64,000 nt of DNA from Lepidodermella squamata (GCA_047495785.1 JBLDXI010000004.1:744001-808000), one strand, 5' to 3'; shown: positions 48,380 to 61,240, counted from the stretch's first letter. Translations and numbers: made by a program. Notes: generated by a model not told the origin, from the sequence alone.

Positions 48380-51171
48380 AGAATTTCTCAAAAGCGCCGA
48401 GTTGCACTCGCAAATCGGAGCGCAACATCAAATCAAACCAAAATTGTAAATGTAAATGTAATCTATCTCATTCTTTTTCCCAAAAATCCAACAACCACGT
48501 CGAAGAAGACAAATTCCAAAATTCTCAAAGTCATGAAATGTGTCAAAATTGTGAAACGGATTCCGAAGAAATACCCATAATCGGCAATATCAAGCTTGGT
48601 GGGTTTGGTCTAAAAGTTACAATTTTGCCAGACAAAACCCAAAATTCCACAAATTTTCGAAATTCCAAGGATTCTAACGATTTTCTTCTCGATATAGCGG
48701 CGCCACAGTCAGCTGTGCTAACGCCGACCTGTTACCGAAAAATGCCAAAAATTTTTCCAGCAAAAGCAGCAGGACCGGATGGTAATCTTTTACCCGTAAT
48801 TGGAAAATCTCTTTTGAATCTCCAAATTGGGTCAAATTCTGTCCAACACCCGTTTTTGTTTGTGAAAGGTCTCAGGGTTCCGGGTCTCATCGGCAGCGAT
48901 TTCATTCGCGAACATGTACCGCACACAGACTGGAAAAATGGGTCCATTTCTTTCAAAGGCGAGAAAATTGCTTTGACCAGTTATTCAAAAGAGGGTTGCT
49001 ATGCGATAAGTGCGCCGCGAGATTTAACAATTCCTGCGCGAAGCAAGATTTTCTTTTATGGTAATGTCCAGGGTCAAGTAGCAGAGAATTCACTCCTATT
49101 AGTCGAGCCCATGGATACGCGCGACGCAAAAGATCTCATCCTAACTGCGAGTTCTATTGGCCGCGTTAGTGACGGGCAGGTCCCTATTCAGATGATAAAT
49201 CTAGGAGACCAAGATGTGCAGATTCGCGAGGGTAGGAAAATTGCGCTTTCTTCACCTGCCGAAGGTGAAAGCTCTTCTGTGGCGTTTATAGGCGCTTCTT
49301 TCAGCGAATTAAACAAAAATTTGCCGCGAAAACCAAACAAGAAAGGAAACAAAAACACGTTTGTAGGTCAAATTTCGTCGCCCTCGTCGCCGTCGTCGTC
49401 AAGGTCACCGTCGTATCTGTTGAGTCCGTCCGAGAAGGATCGAAAACTGAAAGAACTTCTGCCAGACATCTCCCTTGCCGACTGTGCTCTCCAAGGAGAT
49501 GACCTCGAAAGGCTCAAAGCGATCCTCATTGACTATCACGACTGTTATAGCAAGAACGAGGATGATTCAGGGTACTGTGACCTAATAAAACACGAGATCG
49601 ACTACAAAGGCCCCGTTGTCAACATCGGTTATCGCCGCTCGAATCCCTACCAGGACGAACTTTTACGCAAAGAAGTTGATAAATTGATTCGACAGGGAGT
49701 CGTAAAAGAATGTTTTTCACCATTCAGTAGCCCCGCAGTTCTTATACGAAAATCCAGCGGTGCCTACAGATTTGTTGTCGATTTTCGTTCTGCCAACAGG
49801 TACATTTCGTTACCGAGCATCTATCAACTTCCAAATACATTCGATAATGTTAAAGCGAAGTATTTTTGCGTCAATGATATTTTTAATGCATTCAGCTCGG
49901 CGGCCCTGCATGAAAATTCGCAGAAATACACCGCGTTTTGTGTCAAAAATAAGAACTCTCAGTTAAAAAGCTACTGTTTCCGGGTACTGCCCCAAGGTAT
50001 GAGACAATCGCCTTCAAGCTTCGTTCGATTGATAACAATGCTAACTGAAGATTTATCTGGCGTTCTAGTGTACGTCGATGATGTGTGCATTTACGGCGAA
50101 ACTCCGTCGCAGTTACTCGATCGTTACGAGGCGTTTCTTCAAGTAATTCGAAAATCTGGGTTAAAATTGGCAATGAAGAAAGCCAAATTAGGCGTCACCA
50201 GAGCTGTTTTTGCAGGGGCATTGCTCACAGATAAGGGCATTCTTCCAAATTTCGATAAATTAAAAGCAGTCGAAGATTGGCCTAGACCCACTAACCTTGA
50301 GTCACTTCGAAGATTTCTAGGATTCACCAACTATTACAGTCGCTTCTGTCCCAGATACGCTATTATTGCAGCTCCTCTGAACCGTATGACGTCGAAAAAG
50401 GTCAAATTTGAGTGGACTTCAGAGGCGGAAGATTCGTTTCAGCAGTTGAAGAAGTCGCTTCTGTCTCCACCCGTGATGGGTCCAGCTTTGTATGATAAAA
50501 ATTCACGTTTCATCATCGAAACCGATGCTTCAAATGTCGGCATTGGTGGTACTCTAGCACAGAGACAGTGTGATAATTCCGGAAAGTGTAAAACCAAGCT
50601 AATTGCCTTTTTCTCACGTCCGTTGACACGAGCCGAGCGTGGTGAAACTACGCAGGCCAGAGAGATGATCGCCATCGGCGCGTGCTTGAAATATTTTTCA
50701 CCTTACCTCATTAATAGCGAACTAGCTAGAGGATTGAATGCTTCCGCAGACGAAACTACCTTTGATTTGTATACAGATCATGCCTCCTTACTTGGCCTAA
50801 TGAAACATAAGGATGCATTCAGCAAACTCGGGAGACTAGCAAGATTTGTGTCGCAATATAATTTCTCGTTCCATCACAAAAAGGGGACTAATTTGGCAGG
50901 TCCCGATGCTCTAAGTCGCCGTAGTGATTACTACATCGATCCCATTGAAGAAGCTCGAAACGATGCCAAGTTGATATTGTTCCAGAAAAAGTTCGAAAGA
51001 GAAGATAACAAGTCCGAGGATGTAAACAACAGTACACCATATGATTTATCGATTTCCGAGATCAGCTATATATTTGATGATGATGAGCTCATGAAAGGGC
51101 GTTACTTCGGTGATTTGTATGTGAGTTGGCGAAAAGTAAAATCGAGTCACTATTTCTTTCTTGCCTCTTAA
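48376..51171 (+). CDS. pol: Pol: aspartic protease, reverse transcriptase, RNase H; integrase missing; last ~44 codons read into host DNA
   Basis: LLDIAA and LIGSDFI (PR); YRFVVDFR, LPQGMRQSP, YVDD (RT); TDAS, REMIAI, YTDH, DALSR (RNase H). Sequence from 51038 onward equals 23091 onward. Confidence 0.93.
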   Translation: MKNFSKAPSCTRKSERNIKSNQNCKCKCNLSHSFSQKSNNHVEEDKFQNSQSHEMCQNCETDSEEIPIIGNIKLGGFGLKVTILPDKTQNSTNFRNSKDSNDFLLDIAAPQSAVLTPTCYRKMPKIFPAKAAGPDGNLLPVIGKSLLNLQIGSNSVQHPFLFVKGLRVPGLIGSDFIREHVPHTDWKNGSISFKGEKIALTSYSKEGCYAISAPRDLTIPARSKIFFYGNVQGQVAENSLLLVEPMDTRDAKDLILTASSIGRVSDGQVPIQMINLGDQDVQIREGRKIALSSPAEGESSSVAFIGASFSELNKNLPRKPNKKGNKNTFVGQISSPSSPSSSRSPSYLLSPSEKDRKLKELLPDISLADCALQGDDLERLKAILIDYHDCYSKNEDDSGYCDLIKHEIDYKGPVVNIGYRRSNPYQDELLRKEVDKLIRQGVVKECFSPFSSPAVLIRKSSGAYRFVVDFRSANRYISLPSIYQLPNTFDNVKAKYFCVNDIFNAFSSAALHENSQKYTAFCVKNKNSQLKSYCFRVLPQGMRQSPSSFVRLITMLTEDLSGVLVYVDDVCIYGETPSQLLDRYEAFLQVIRKSGLKLAMKKAKLGVTRAVFAGALLTDKGILPNFDKLKAVEDWPRPTNLESLRRFLGFTNYYSRFCPRYAIIAAPLNRMTSKKVKFEWTSEAEDSFQQLKKSLLSPPVMGPALYDKNSRFIIETDASNVGIGGTLAQRQCDNSGKCKTKLIAFFSRPLTRAERGETTQAREMIAIGACLKYFSPYLINSELARGLNASADETTFDLYTDHASLLGLMKHKDAFSKLGRLARFVSQYNFSFHHKKGTNLAGPDALSRRSDYYIDPIEEARNDAKLILFQKKFEREDNKSEDVNNSTPYDLSISEISYIFDDDELMKGRYFGDLYVSWRKVKSSHYFFLAS

Positions 51172-52147
51172 ACACCTCAAGAAGTGGCTCCAGAGGCCCG
51201 ACACCAAACCATGGCTGAAAATCCCACAATTGATTTTGTGAAAACTGGAACATCCACGTTTCTTAAACATTTCAGTCGTCTTATTTATATGAGTAATTTT
51301 ATATTTTATATCAAATTATCCCCCGAATTCAAACAATTCAATTTCTCGCGAAATGCTTATTAGTGAACAGCTAGAGATCACGATGGACTGAAAAATTGGT
51401 CAAATAATTGAGCGGAATAATTGAACTGATTCCGCTTATATACGCTAAGAACAAACAGATCGAAGGGTGCCGCCTGAAAACCGCTGGCTGCTCGCCCAAT
51501 ATCGAGCTGTTTTCACCACAGTCTTTCGCTAACAAGTTCAACTGTCTCACAGGCGTAAGATTCAAAGTTGAATTCGATCATAAGCTTAATTTGAATTCTC
51601 TAGGTAGTTATGCGGTGTAAAACACCGCTTCGCAAGTTCTGCAATGGATTCTGCCAGCAGGACTCACAAATTGTAATATTTCGGCCTAATTATGCACTTT
51701 TTTGCTCTTACACTGCTTTTCCGCAGGAAGCCGTATTTTCAGACTCGAGAGACTTTGCAGATAACTACGAGCAATGTCTGCGTAGCATTGGCCCAATTCT
51801 CAATTTGGGGTCAGCACGGGTTTGTAAATTTCATTCACAATAGTTTCTAAGCTTTAAAATTTGGGGTTGTACTAAAAGGCCTGACCGGATCCAAAATGAA
51901 TTACTACCTAAATTGTGGGAAACAACCCGCCGAAGTTACGAGCGCCTACTTGGATTTATCGAAAGAACTAGGTGGATGGACGATAGCAGCGTGTATGATT
52001 CGATGCCACCTTGGGCGCCTAACTACCCGAGGCGGAGGACATGCGTCGGGATTGCCAGAATAATCGACAAAGCATTGTACCTCACCGATGGATCTTGCAA
52101 GCTTCCTTCGGCTTTGCATTTATTTGTGAAACTTTTTGTACACAGTC
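51057..52147 (+). pseudogene. Duplicate of the 3' half of the CTL-family pseudogene at 23110-24200
   Basis: Identical ORF translations at offset 27947. Confidence 0.75.
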
Positions 52148-53037
52148 ATGTTGTCGAAAAACTTATGCAGACTTGCGTAAAAATAATTTACGGAGCTTGG
52201 ACAAAATAAAGCGGAGGATCTCTGTGTGATTTATCCCTAATTCCACGATTAAAAAGCAACGATCCCAGATTTACGTGTCGTCTGGCTTGCAGATCATCAT
52301 TTTTTCACCGCCAATTTAAAATGTTGGCCAGAATGGGTCACGTTCTATATTTCCGCTCTATTTTCGAGTTCAAAAGACAATGCTTCAGTAAAAAAAATCA
52401 CAGTGCTTATTCTTCCAGACACGAAAAGGTTGCTAGCAAAAAATAACGCATGATTTTTCCAGATTGTCGATATAAACTCATTCAATGTTAAATGATTGGG
52501 TGATCATTTTATTGTTTTCAAGTCCCATTTATTGTTCCTGCCAAAGTAGGCCACGTTCTATTTCCGTTATCAATCGGGTTCACATGACAATTTTTATGAA
52601 CCCAATTTCCCAATTCACTATTGTAGGAGGCAATTTTCCAAGCTCATGATTACCAAAACGAATACGTGTGGATTTCGCAATCCGATAATCCCAAAAATGC
52701 CAGCATCCGATCTATAGTTCTCTAGGCTAATACATAAATCTAAACCTTTAAAAAAAAGCAATCGATAAAATTGCTTGTCCAGCGACCAGCGACTTAATTG
52801 TCAGTAAGTAGGCCACGTTCTGTTTCCGCTTTTTCTCGAGTTCACAAGACAATTTAAAACGAAACTTTTGATATCACAATGCTGGTAGACAATTTTAAAG
52901 CTCGTGCTCGCACACAAAAGATGATGCGTGGTTTTTCTAATGAGGCACGAAGAGCTCACTTTATTTCATTCAATTCAATTTTCCAAACATTTTCATATTG
53001 GGTTATTTTCTTCCATTTTTGAACTAGTTTTCATTTT

Positions 53038-53442
53038 ATGATGGCTTGCCATTATTTTGCGCTGCTATCAGTTCTGACGATAGCGCTGATGGACCAGGGA
53101 GTCATAGCTGCGCAATCGCATGTGCGATGCTACTCACAGCTGAATAACCGATTCAAATCATGCAACGAAGCTTCACAAGGCTGCGATGCACTCAGCGAAT
53201 ATCAAGTGAGCTTTATTTTATAATAGTATCTGTCTTTATTAACTAAGTACAAACATAGGATGGCACTGTTTTCGCGAACGCCAGTGACTGCAATAAAGGC
53301 GTATGATTTAATTACGTGATCACTGATGATTCATTACAACAATTGTTGGCAACAGAGCGTTGTTATGTGCTACAAATACGAGGCTCTTACTCCGTCGTGC
53401 GTGCCTGGAAACATCAGATGCGACGAGGTGTTCCAAATGACG
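53038..53442 (+). pseudogene. Duplicate of the three-exon gene fragment at 25091-25495
   Basis: Identical translation at offset 27947. Confidence 0.75.
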
Positions 53443-55479
53443 GTATGTTCTTTTGAACGATTATTCGCGAGCTTTCTCGCCACATCACCGCTCATGCAAA
53501 TTTCAATACGAATACGAATGATTTCATTTTTCTTCCACGCGACTAAGGGGTCTATACCCTTTCGGGTTTTGTGGAAGGCGAAGGAAGCAAAATTTAAGAA
53601 AAATCGCCCGTTTTTCTTGGGTCGTCCTCGAGAGCCGTCGGTTTTTTTCTAATACAGTGCACCCCCGATATCTGCATGGGGGCCGGGTCCAGGGTCGTGC
53701 AATTATCGAGGGAAACATTTAACGGGGGCTGTACATGAGTCAGGGATTAAGTTTGAGCGAGTTGCTAGCCAGATGGCGCTGAGCAAACAGTAAACATGAC
53801 AACGAGTCTTCATTTTTTATTTCGCCTTTCTTATTTTCAGCGGCCTGTGGAAACTCGTATTCACGAAATTTCAAATTACCGCTTAATTGGGATTAATGAT
53901 ATGGGCTCAATGCCAGGACTTCACAATGGGACATTGAAGTTATCATTGCCGAATCACTTTTGCGCGTGGATAAGATTATAAAAACTTTTCAGGAATTTTA
54001 ACGCAAAATTCACAAACCCTATCAATTTATTTTTCATTTATTCTTGTTAATGCAAAATTGACTAGTGATCGGAAATATTGCCTATTTATTTAGTCGTACA
54101 TTAAAGCTTCTGCTCCTATTGTAGAGTTTCACAAAATAATATGAAATATTTCCGATAATGTTTACGAAGTTGGGCTGTCTCTTCCTTTTTTCTTTCATGA
54201 AATTCATCGAATTAATGGCATTGAGCGATCACAGACTTGGTAATTTTAAGTCATAAGACGTGTGGTTCCGTCAAGAGGAAACATCGATTCGATAGGAAAA
54301 TTGATTGAATGAATGAATTATCATCTTCCCGGACCTGGTCTGATTTCCATTCAAATGGCCTAATAAGATCAGAGCAGTTTGATAAATCGGGCAGAAGCTC
54401 CCGCCGACCCTCCTCGTGATGTTGCAATTTTCAAAGTCAAAATTAAAATATAAAATGCTGTGAATGAACCGGGAAAATTGCAAGGGCGTTGAGTTCTTAG
54501 TATTCAATATTGTCATTTGAGATTAATTACATGTGTGTTAGTGGTTCCTAGCTAAGGGTTTTGAGCCCTACTAGAGACAGGTCTCAAAGTCAGACCGGAA
54601 CCCGACCCGTACCCGGCCCGGCCCGATCCGGGCTAAACCCTGCCCACTCCCATAACTGTGGCTTGTTATTTTAGTTACCGTTCTGCCCGAATCATTCCAC
54701 GCATTTTTCAAATGATGGCTGCCACCTGAAATTTAGTGGTTACCCAATGGATTACAATGGGTACTGATCACGTTATCTTTCGAACTCTCGATCTCAACAT
54801 CTATCGACTCTAGTTAAGTATGTTCTCTGCATCCTATCAACTGCTGCATCAAATTTTAAATTCTGAATTTTCGATAGGATTTTTTTACTTCAATTTTTAC
54901 TCGGATTTGCCGATTTTGTTATATCTGATTGGATATTGGAATTTGACATTTATTGGAGATATGAGATGGAAAGTGGCGAAATTCTGGCAAAAGGTCGCTC
55001 TTAACAGTTGCTGAGTGCTGGTTACTTCGATCTATTCAACCTGTTACCTGTTATCGCCCTTCCTGCTGGAACTATAAGTGTGTGATGAATTATTATATTG
55101 GTTTCATTTCATTCGCTCATTTGCTCATTTGCTGCCTTAAGAATAAAGATAAAGATGTACGGCACCAGGTCACGGTCACTCGTTTTTGCTACCTGTAGAA
55201 TCTTCGATCGAAGAATTCATGAAGAGCATGAGAAACATTTGAGTGAGAAATGAGAAAGGTTTATAGGCGAAGAAGCTGAGTTACTCCCTTCAAGAGTCCA
55301 AGAATCGCTGAGAACGCAAGATCGCTGCTAATGGCAATTTTATAGCCCCTGAACTGAAAATAGTAATATGGGATTCAACCGCTCCGCAGTTGTAAACAAC
55401 CGCTATAAAGTGGTCTAATGATATATAGTAATATGTGCTAGCACTGGCGGTTCCTTACGTCGCAACACGAACGATATGC

Positions 55480-57568
55480 TGATGGTCGTACGTAAGTGTT
55501 AGACGTGCCATCCTGGTGTCCTTCGAATCAGGACCCTTGGAAACTTGTCAATATGCCAACGAAAATAGGGATTCATTTTTTCACCACCAACGCATAACCC
55601 GACAAATGGCCAATTGTGACTTGCCCCATCCAGTAAAACCGAATACAGCCATTGCGGTCATGTCGGAGCATGGAGTCAAGCATTGCACACACAGTGCACA
55701 TGGGTGCATACAAACAAACAAAGAAACAAAGATTTCCACGACACGAACGGCGACAGTACGGGGGTTCCCCCGGCATTGTTCAGTGTTCGAGAAATTTCAT
55801 ACCTGTGTCTGATCGGTTGTATTGCATGGCGTTGATTGGCAGCCAAGAAAAGATCCATCTGCTGTGTCAAAGCATCGATAAAACGGCACAAAGTCTGCGT
55901 CCATTCTAACGACTGGTTTCGAGGAAATCAATAGGGTTCTATTGTTGAAAATCGGGGATTACACTTACTGTTTTCTCCTGTGATACATGAGAGCAGCGTG
56001 CTTCTAGCGCCTACCAGCTTCTAGTTGTTATAGAGATTATCGAAATAAATACTTTTCTTAAAATCTGTTCATATTGACTATTGACTAACTAACCGTTGGT
56101 CGAGGACATGAGCCATTTTGAGAAATACACGAACGCAGGCCGTTATTGTCGCAAATCCAAGCTTCGAAACTCTGTTACACCACTTAATAATTCATATAAT
56201 TAACTTCAATTCGAATCACTCACTAGGAAATCTTTGATAGTTGACCTGCAGAGATTGTACTGAGACTTGAAATTGATCCCGACAAATTCAGATATCTGGA
56301 ATTTTTATTTATTCAAAATTAAACTTTACAATTCATCACAAACAAATTTTGCTTGAAGAAATGACGAAGATAATAATTTCTGAATTTTGATTTATTTATT
56401 TCCTTGAACGACGGCTTCATTCACGTTCCCATCTTCACGCAAAATCAAAATCAATGACTTTTAATTTTTAATCACATATAGCGAAGCTTGATTACAAATT
56501 CACACGCTGTTCCTCAAATTTGGAAACAAAAATACTCCCTAGTTCGAGTGTCCAATTTCGCGAACTGATTTGATGATCGAAAGTAGAGATGCCGCGGTTA
56601 ACCACACAGCCGGCCCGTCATGTTCGAACCCGGCGGTTAACCGGAAAAAACTCGATTTCTGCTATATATTCATTTGAATTACTTAATCTTCTGGCTGGTA
56701 GGATCATCATCGCGTGTTGCCATGCGATACTATGCTCAACTCGCCAAACTCACTCGGGGTTCCAGATCGGAGGGAAATCATAATTCTCTAACCATAGAGT
56801 ATTCCCTTCTTATTTCTGTCTCGAAAACAGTGTGTGATATTGAATGCTCGCTTCCCGAAGCATTATCCGTGCTACTTTTTCAATCCCCCGGTTATTTTAC
56901 TGTTAGCCTGGCTTTGTCTGAAATTTGGCGGAAATTTTGCTTTTAAACCGAGCTTTTAATTCTAACCACGGCATCTCTAATTGAAGGCTTGGTCTCCACT
57001 CTTCGCATACATAAATTTTATACCTATATTACAAAGTTACTATGAAAATAAAAGAATTGAAATACTCAGAGATTCGATTCGGCTGTTCAACTCTAAACTT
57101 TAAACTATCTTTTCCCATCTTAATCAGGAAGACCGAGGCCAAATCAAATCATAATCGAAGATTTGAGTTTGTACTAATTCAGTGGCAAATTCATTTTGGA
57201 TTTTTTATTGCAGGCAAGATTCCGAGGAATGCATCGCATGTTGATTGTTTTGTAGTTGAAACAGCTTCGAGCGTACTAGTAAGGAAGTGAATAATGCTCA
57301 AGCACTGTTTGTCGAAGTTAGCCAAAAACTCACGCCCGATGAACATGACTCGGGGGACGGCAAGGCAAGGCCGAGCTAAATTGAAGGCATGACAATGAAA
57401 TAAATGGTGAATAATGAAACTAGCAACCTGAACTTCATCCAAGAATGAGCAGTTCATTTTACACCCTGTGAAGGCATCATTCAGGCGTGAAAAGCAACGC
57501 TTATATTCGGCTACGACTAAACCTTGAGAAATGACCGAAGCGAGTAAAATTCGAAGAAAAAAGGTCAT
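55480..57568 (-). pseudogene. Divergent Cys-module family gene, head-to-head with 58029
   Basis: ATG 57568 (MTFFLRILLASVISQGLVVAEYKRCFSRLNDAFTGCKMNCSFLDEVQ|gt), then LGLALPSPESCSSG|gtgagt and YARSCFNYKTINMRCIPRNLACN. Downstream modules at ~56190-55740 with an in-frame TGA at ~55797. No clear CTL exon. Confidence 0.65.
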
Positions 57569-58028
57569 AGCTTGAAAACTCGAATTTTCGAAAAATGAAA
57601 AATGGTTAAAATTAATGTCGAAGAAATAGGCTGATAAATTGTCAACTAAGCGAATGATGGTCCATCTCATTAAATTTTCAGGAACACGCGTTCGAATCGA
57701 GAGAAATTTTTCGATCTCGTTCTCCTTTTTCGCTAACAAGACAATAATTGATTGTCCAAGCCCCAGACACATTTAAGCACATTTAATAATTGGTCAATTT
57801 AGGTCATTTTTTGTCCTAATTTTACTATTGCGTAACTCTTCTAACAAAGCGGACGAGGTCAAATTCCGAATCAAAGCAAACAGTCAAATTATTGTCCTGT
57901 GACTCATTTTTCACGATTGTTCCAATTCTACGTCATTTCCAGCGATTTATTCACCTCAGTTTTAATTAATTTCCAAGGTTGTGTTAAAAAACTTGATTAT
58001 AACATTTCGCACCTCAATTATGTTAAGC

Positions 58029-59672
58029 ATGATGAATCTTTTTCTTTCAATTATCATATGGCAAATGATAGCCTCATCGCCATCGTTAGCAGCGAAGTCG
58101 CGTTGCTTCTCAGTTTTCAATAGCGAATTTAACGGGTGTAAAAGCAATTGCTCACAACAGTTAGAGTACCATGTGATCATCATCTAAACAATTTATTTAA
58201 AATCTATTTTTATTCTAGACTGGGACTCCGTTTTCTTCATCCGAGAACTGCAGAGACGGGGTGAGTTAACACTTATCATTAATTTCCTAAATTCGTCAAA
58301 TTTCTGTCGGTGCAGGACGCTATACTTTGCTACAACTACAAGACTTACAGCGTTAGATGCATTCAAGACCGATTCAAATGCAACAGAACCAACGAGCGCC
58401 AAGTTTGTCCAACCTCTCGCTCTTTATCCGCTCTTATCAATTCCATTCAGGCGGGAGTTTTCGAAAGACACGCATTATTCGGGGACAACTGGTCGGATTG
58501 CAGAAATGCGTCAGCGCGCTTCGCTGTTAGTTAAAATCTAACCAAATAAATGTCGATTTTATTTTTTTCGAATTCAGTCACAGCGATTCGAACGCTGCAT
58601 GAGGGGCGACTCTTTCATAACCTGTTCTCCTGATTCTCTCGCCTGTCCATTCAATTTGGTAATTGGGCAATGTCTTAACCACTGAATCAAAATTGTTCCG
58701 CTTTCGAAGGATCCAGGAGACGAAGCAACTTCGTTTCGCAATCTCGAAGCGTGCTTGAGGGGTGAAGGTAAATTTGCATTGTTGTCTTGACTAAGCTATG
58801 AATCTTTTGAACAGTTAACCTCGCCATTCCTGACGACCGAAAACCGCACATTCGCTGTGTTGACGTGAAGACTCGATATTTCTTGGGTTGCCGTCGCCGA
58901 AACACAGCCTGCTCGCCAGATGCCGAACTATACGCGCCTAAGCCTTTCGCCAACAAAGACTTGTGCCTTAGAGGGGTGAGTTAGGAAGCACTGAATCGAC
59001 TGAGTTTCAAAAATTCTGGATTTTGTTTTATTCCAGACTGCCGTGCTTTGCAACACCACGTCAGGCAAAGCTTGCAGCGCGTTCTGTGAAGATGAATCGC
59101 AAACAGTATTGTTTGAATTTGTGTTCATGACTCAATTTCATAACGAGGTTTTACATAGGAAATCATTTACTCAGTTTCACAAGACTTCTCGACAAACTAT
59201 GCTCAATGTGAACGGAGCCGAGTCGCTTCTGGGAACCATACAGTTCGTTTTGCTTATTGCATTCGTGAAATCCTATTTAAACTTGACCCAAACAGCTTGC
59301 GAAGAATTTTACGGTTGCGGTAACGGATGGTGGGACATTCACTCAAGATGACGCGAAGCGAGCCTGTTCGAACTTCACAAACTCTCGCTCAGCTTTGATC
59401 AAAACTGAAGCTCAACGGCAAGCTGTCTACCCGCGATGACGAGCGCCTCGGTCACCACTGCTTACATCGGCTTGTCGAAAACCAAGGACCAGTGGCTGTG
59501 GGATGACAGTTCAGCCTATGACAACATGCCACCCTGGGCGCCGGGCTACCCGTCCGAGGCGAAGATGAACCGATGTGTTGGGCTGGCAAGCATTCTCGAT
59601 GCAGCTGTGCTTTTGACGGATGGATCTTGCGATTCGCCTTCGGCTAACGCCTACATTTGTGAGACTTTGTGA
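58029..59672 (+). pseudogene. Cys-module/CTL gene, all 10 exons present, single 1-bp deletion in the CTL exon
   Basis: Exons 1-9 are open with GT-AG introns. GTCTAC-CCGCGATG at 59425-59438 lacks one G compared with GTCTACGCCGCGATG at 16155-16169. Confidence 0.82.
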
Positions 59673-59894
59673 TGCGTTCCAATAGTACTTCCACTTCAAT
59701 AGTAGTTCCAATAGACCGCAATTTCCTCCTCTGCTTTTCTTTGACTGAAACCTGGAACTTCTATTCTCAAACACGATTACAACTGAAGAAGTTGAGCAAG
59801 ATGATCTTGAATTATGTACCTGGGAGCATTTACCGCCAATGCAATATCTTTTCCCCGCTTGCATATTTTTCATGTTCATCATGTTTTAGGCTCG

Positions 59895-61240
59895 ATGAAT
59901 CTTTTTATTCGCATTTGCCTGTGGGTCCTTGTCGCAGAGGCTCAGGTTTCGCAAAGTAGGAAATTTCAGCATTGCTTCTCCGTTTTTAATAACAAATTTA
60001 ACGGCTGTTCTGAGGAATGCGACCAGCACGAGTATCAGGTTAACACCATCAACTAAATTAACACAATTTTCTAATTTTTAGTCCGACCTTTCGTACAGAT
60101 CCCCCATAGATTGCCTTGAAGGGGTGCGTTTCAAATTAGTTTCATATGTTAGAAGGGTATCAGTGTCCCCGGAGACGGCCACCTTCCCCGCCGTATTCGG
60201 GCACAATTCCTTTCCTCCGTGTCCGCCTGCGAATCTCCGGCTGCTGCTGCCGCCAATTATTTGATATGTTTTCTTTTATTTTGAATTACGCTCGACTATG
60301 CTACAACCATGCGGACTACAGCTATACGTGCATTCGGGGCCTATTGAACTGCACAAAAACCAACAACGAGATCCAGGTTCGTCTTGAAGTCGAGAAAATG
60401 CTTTCCTCACTTTGTTTCATTTCATTTTCCGATCGAATCTGTAGGCCGGAATCTTTAATTCGAAAGTTGCTAATGACGTTACTGTTCTCAAGCTCAATTG
60501 GGCTGACACTCTTGATGCCAGAAAAATTTCGCCCGTAAGTTAAAAATGATATACCGACCCAATCGTGTGCCTCAACATTTTTAGCCCAGCCAAGAGCAAT
60601 CTTCTCCTCATCTCCATTAAGAAATGAAAATTGAGATTACTCCATCTACATATTTAGAGTTTGGTTACAAGTAGTCATTTAACCTTTTCTCATGCCGAGT
60701 TTTTCACAGAAATCCGTCTATTCGAGTTCGGCAGACTTCGTGACTAACTATGCGCAATGTAAACGTAAACGAATTACTGTGACTGAATTCGTTACATTCC
60801 TTTCATCGAATTTAATTGACTTCATCAGCCTGGGAAGAGCTATACACTGCTATACGTGCAAATGCTGAAACATTCACGCCAGGCGACGCAAGATCGGCTT
60901 GTTCGGAAACCACGAGCTCTCGCTTTCGATCGAAACTGTGATCAAAGCTGTGATCGAAACTGAAGCTCAACGGCAAGCTGTTTACGCCGCTATGACAAAC
61001 GCTTCGATCACCACAACTTACATCGGCTTGTCGAAAACTAATGATCAGTGGCCATGGGATGACCTATGAGGACATGCCGCCCTGGGCGCCTTGTTTCCCG
61101 TCAAAGTCGAAGATGAACCGATGTGTTGAGGTTGGGTTGGCTAGTATCAGCGATGCAGCTCTCTTTGTGCAGAATAGATCCTGCGTTTCTCCTTCAGCCT
61201 GCGCTTACTCGGTGAAACTCGGTGGTAATCTTCATTTTTT
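59895..61240 (+). pseudogene. Cys-module/CTL pseudogene (paralog of 18886-21824) with internal deletion and frameshifts
   Basis: ATG 59895 (MNLFIRICLWVLVAEAQ); exons 5-8 missing; CTL exon has several indels. Confidence 0.8.

Larger units (their letters stand above)
32761..51037 (+). mobile_element. Ty3/Gypsy LTR retrotransposon, 3'-truncated, with a 14.3-kb nested insertion
   Basis: Begins TGTAGACC exactly where duplicate copy A diverges from the empty site (GTATT|CCC at 56803). LTR, PBS, gag and PR-RT-RH follow in Gypsy order. The element stops at the duplication junction 51037/51038. Confidence 0.93.
51038..56803 (+). repeat. Segmental duplication, copy B (insertion-free)
   Basis: Matches 23091-32760 minus the 3.9-kb element and continues into unique sequence at the retrotransposon empty site. 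Confidence 0.97.
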
